The notes under the pieces were generated by a model. The model saw only the letters and a list, made by a program, of their open reading frames with translations, was not told the origin of the DNA and did not search any database. From the NCBI GenBank assembly GCA_000993535.1, contig LBWG01000001.1, forward strand, positions 22,442 through 86,441: 64,000 nt of DNA, written 5' to 3'. Positions 62,333-64,000 of this stretch are shown piece after piece. Both the position numbers and the translations under genes were made by a program. The stretch's first letter is position 1. The number at the start of each line of letters is the position of its first letter. This DNA comes from Candidatus Uhrbacteria bacterium GW2011_GWF2_39_13 (GTDB lineage Bacteria; Patescibacteriota; Patescibacteriia; UBA9934; GWF2-40-263).

Positions 62333-64000
62333 TTAGAAGGAACACTCCTGAGGCGCGTTGTCGCGCACCAGGACAGCGGAGCAGAAACCGGTCTCGGGAT
62401 CGTTCCACGTCAGCAGATCTGCTTCCGTGTAGACTTCTCCCGCAAACCAGAGATCGATCAGCACCTGATCATCATCCAGATCTGCACACATGGCGGAAGA
62501 CATGGGGTCTCCTAACAGAACATCCAGTCGCACGCCGCAATATGCGCTTAGGTCACCATAGGCACTGGTCTTGAACTCAAGTCCAATATCCGTACTTACG
62601 AAGTTGATGGAAAGGCTCCAAACTTGATCGTCCAACTGGCTGGCGGTACCAAACAGCTGCGCGCGCAGAGTGCGTGACTGTGCCACGTCATATGACACGT
62701 CGATCACGACCTGCCAGTCTTCATCAATGCCGACATCACAATCGTTATCCAGATCGTCGAAAATCTCGCTGGCACCCGGATGAATCGATGTGGAAGCATC
62801 ATTGCAATCATCCTTGTTGTCCACCAAATCCCCAGAGGAACCTTGGCACACAACATCGATCGCTGATCCTGATCCGTACCCATCGCCATCACGGTCCAGG
62901 TACCACTTGGTGGACAAGTTTTCATCCTTGACCCCGTCGCAGTCGTTATCTAGACCATCGCAGACTTCTGGACCGTTGGGGTAAATGAGTTTGTTCGTAT
63001 CGTCACAATCCGTAGCGTCGGCCACATACTCATCGGGCTTGGTACAAGAAACGAATGCAGCGGCACGGTTGCCGTAGCCGTCCATATCCCCATCCAGATA
63101 CCACATCTGAGCATCCGCACTCGAATCCGGATCTATCCGATCATCACAATTGTTGTCAATTCCATCACAGACTTCATCTGCTTCCGGATGAACGTCGTCA
63201 TTCTGATCATCACAATCTGTATCATTTCCCACATAACCTACCAGATTCTGGCACGTCACGCGGAAGGATTCAGCATTGCCATACCCATCACCATCCTCAT
63301 CTGCATACAAGGTCGGAGCGCCCACGCTCGTGTCCGGATCAACCACGCTGTCGCAGTTGTTGTCCAGACCATCGCAGGTTTCCGTGGCAGAAGGATTGAT
63401 ACCGTCGTAAGTGTCATCGCAATCGGTAGCATTTGAAACGTATCCATCAGGCTTGGAACAAGACACGTCCGTATAACCGACCGCACCGTATCCATCGCCG
63501 TCTTGATCGTGATACCAGACCGAGGCATCCAAACTCGTGTCCGGATCAACCTCGCCGCTGCAGTCATCATCGATTCCATTGCAGGTCTCGGAAGCCCCTG
63601 GATGGACACCTGGGTTCTGATCGTTGCAGTCGCTGGCATTGTCCACCAGATTCCCCTTGGACCCATTGCACACGACATCGATCTTAGCTCCGCTGCCAAA
63701 CGAATCACCATCGGCATCCACGTACCAAGCAGAAGACAGATTTTCATCCGTGCTGCCATCGCAATCGTTATCGCTCCCATCGCAGGACTCGGGAGCTCCT
63801 GGGAACGACAGGCTGTCTTGATCGTTGCAGTCGGTATCCGTTGCCACATACCCTTCGGGCTGCGTACAGGAAGTCGCCATCACGTCTTTATCGCCATACC
63901 CATCTTCATCCACATCCACGAACCACTTGAGCACATCCACTGACTCGTCCGTATCCATGAGCATGTCGCAGTTGTTATCGATCCCATCGCACAGCTCGTT
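62333..64000 (-). CDS. secreted Asp/Cys-rich tandem-repeat protein (MopE-like putative metal-binding motif repeats), N-terminus beyond window
   Basis: At least 6 tandem ~68-aa repeats of the form W-[YH]-x-D-x-DGDGYG...C...GYV...TDC[DN]D...HPGA-E-x-CDG-x-DNDCDG-x-DE, followed by a ~100-aa non-repeat C-terminal domain. The open frame continues past 63964 to the window edge. Local GC ~55%. Confidence 0.78.
   Translation of the reverse strand, partial: NELCDGIDNNCDMLMDTDESVDVLKWFVDVDEDGYGDKDVMATSCTQPEGYVATDTDCNDQDSLSFPGAPESCDGSDNDCDGSTDENLSSAWYVDADGDSFGSGAKIDVVCNGSKGNLVDNASDCNDQNPGVHPGASETCNGIDDDCSGEVDPDTSLDASVWYHDQDGDGYGAVGYTDVSCSKPDGYVSNATDCDDTYDGINPSATETCDGLDNNCDSVVDPDTSVGAPTLYADEDGDGYGNAESFRVTCQNLVGYVGNDTDCDDQNDDVHPEADEVCDGIDNNCDDRIDPDSSADAQMWYLDGDMDGYGNRAAAFVSCTKPDEYVADATDCDDTNKLIYPNGPEVCDGLDNDCDGVKDENLSTKWYLDRDGDGYGSGSAIDVVCQGSSGDLVDNKDDCNDASTSIHPGASEIFDDLDNDCDVGIDEDWQVVIDVSYDVAQSRTLRAQLFGTASQLDDQVWSLSINFVSTDIGLEFKTSAYGDLSAYCGVRLDVLLGDPMSSAMCADLDDDQVLIDLWFAGEVYTEADLLTWNDPETGFCSAVLVRDNAPQECSF

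Noticed and set aside
1-64000. Alternative genetic code (for example UGA = Gly as in some CPR lineages)
   Set aside because: Conserved genes (pyrG, pgi, topA, ftsH, hisS) are full-length and uninterrupted under the standard code. TGA/TAA/TAG all occur at plausible gene ends.
1-64000. CRISPR arrays, rRNA genes, transposases / IS elements
   Set aside because: No regularly spaced short direct repeats, no rRNA-like conserved stretches and no transposase/integrase-like ORFs were found on either strand.

Overview
This 64-kb window comes from a low-GC (~40%) bacterial chromosome with compact operons, standard genetic code and intrinsic hairpin terminators at most operon ends. The gene content resembles a reduced-genome, Patescibacteria/CPR-like organism: K/E-tailed HisS, a Rel that stops after the TGS domain, S8 peptidases fused to FG-GAP propellers, and many secreted repeat proteins. 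That assignment is an inference from the sequence, not a database result.

**Layout**
- 1–23 kb is housekeeping: a partial unknown gene, hisS, lepB, tRNA-Val(CAC), an LCP-family protein, der, pth, dprA, topA, rel, parB-parA, recO, pyrG, rplI, pgi, an RRM RNA-binding protein and ftsH.
- 23–36 kb looks accessory. It holds a compositionally distinct (locally ~50% GC) operon of a J-domain protein plus three proteins with no recognisable family. Next come Fe/Mn SOD and a translationally coupled GCS2/YbdK-type carboxylate-amine ligase with an RLAN-RimK-type ATP-grasp ligase. Then follow lipoproteins, an OmpR-type two-component system with a downstream LTXXQ (CpxP/Spy-like) periplasmic protein, and an asparaginase-family enzyme.
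- 36–64 kb is a large cell-envelope locus. It starts with a run of minus-strand genes: glycosyltransferases, an NDP-sugar epimerase/dehydratase, a DUF2304-GT2 pair, a nucleotidyltransferase-fold protein, two tandem S8 peptidase-FG-GAP paralogs, a BNR-repeat protein and a 1245-aa S/T/D-rich surface protein. Upstream of these sits an ECF sigma factor with a putative anti-sigma partner. Further along are a glycoside-hydrolase-like FG-GAP protein, more glycosyltransferases, an O-antigen-ligase-like membrane protein and a tandem-repeat D/C-rich (MopE-like) secreted protein truncated at the window end.

**Absent.** No CRISPR array, rRNA, transposase or integrase was seen.

**Leads for follow-up**
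- The GCS2 + RLAN-ATP-grasp ligase pair next to SOD.
- The J-domain operon.
- The domain shared between the BNR protein and the giant surface protein.
- A recurring TAGAGATCTCTA palindrome in promoter regions.
- Two GC-rich structured intergenic elements, at 640–861 and 14555–14658.

**Coordinate caveat.** My hand-indexed coordinates for small sites may be off by 1–2 nt. Near position 12780 my reading of the sequence differed by one base from the supplied ORF track.
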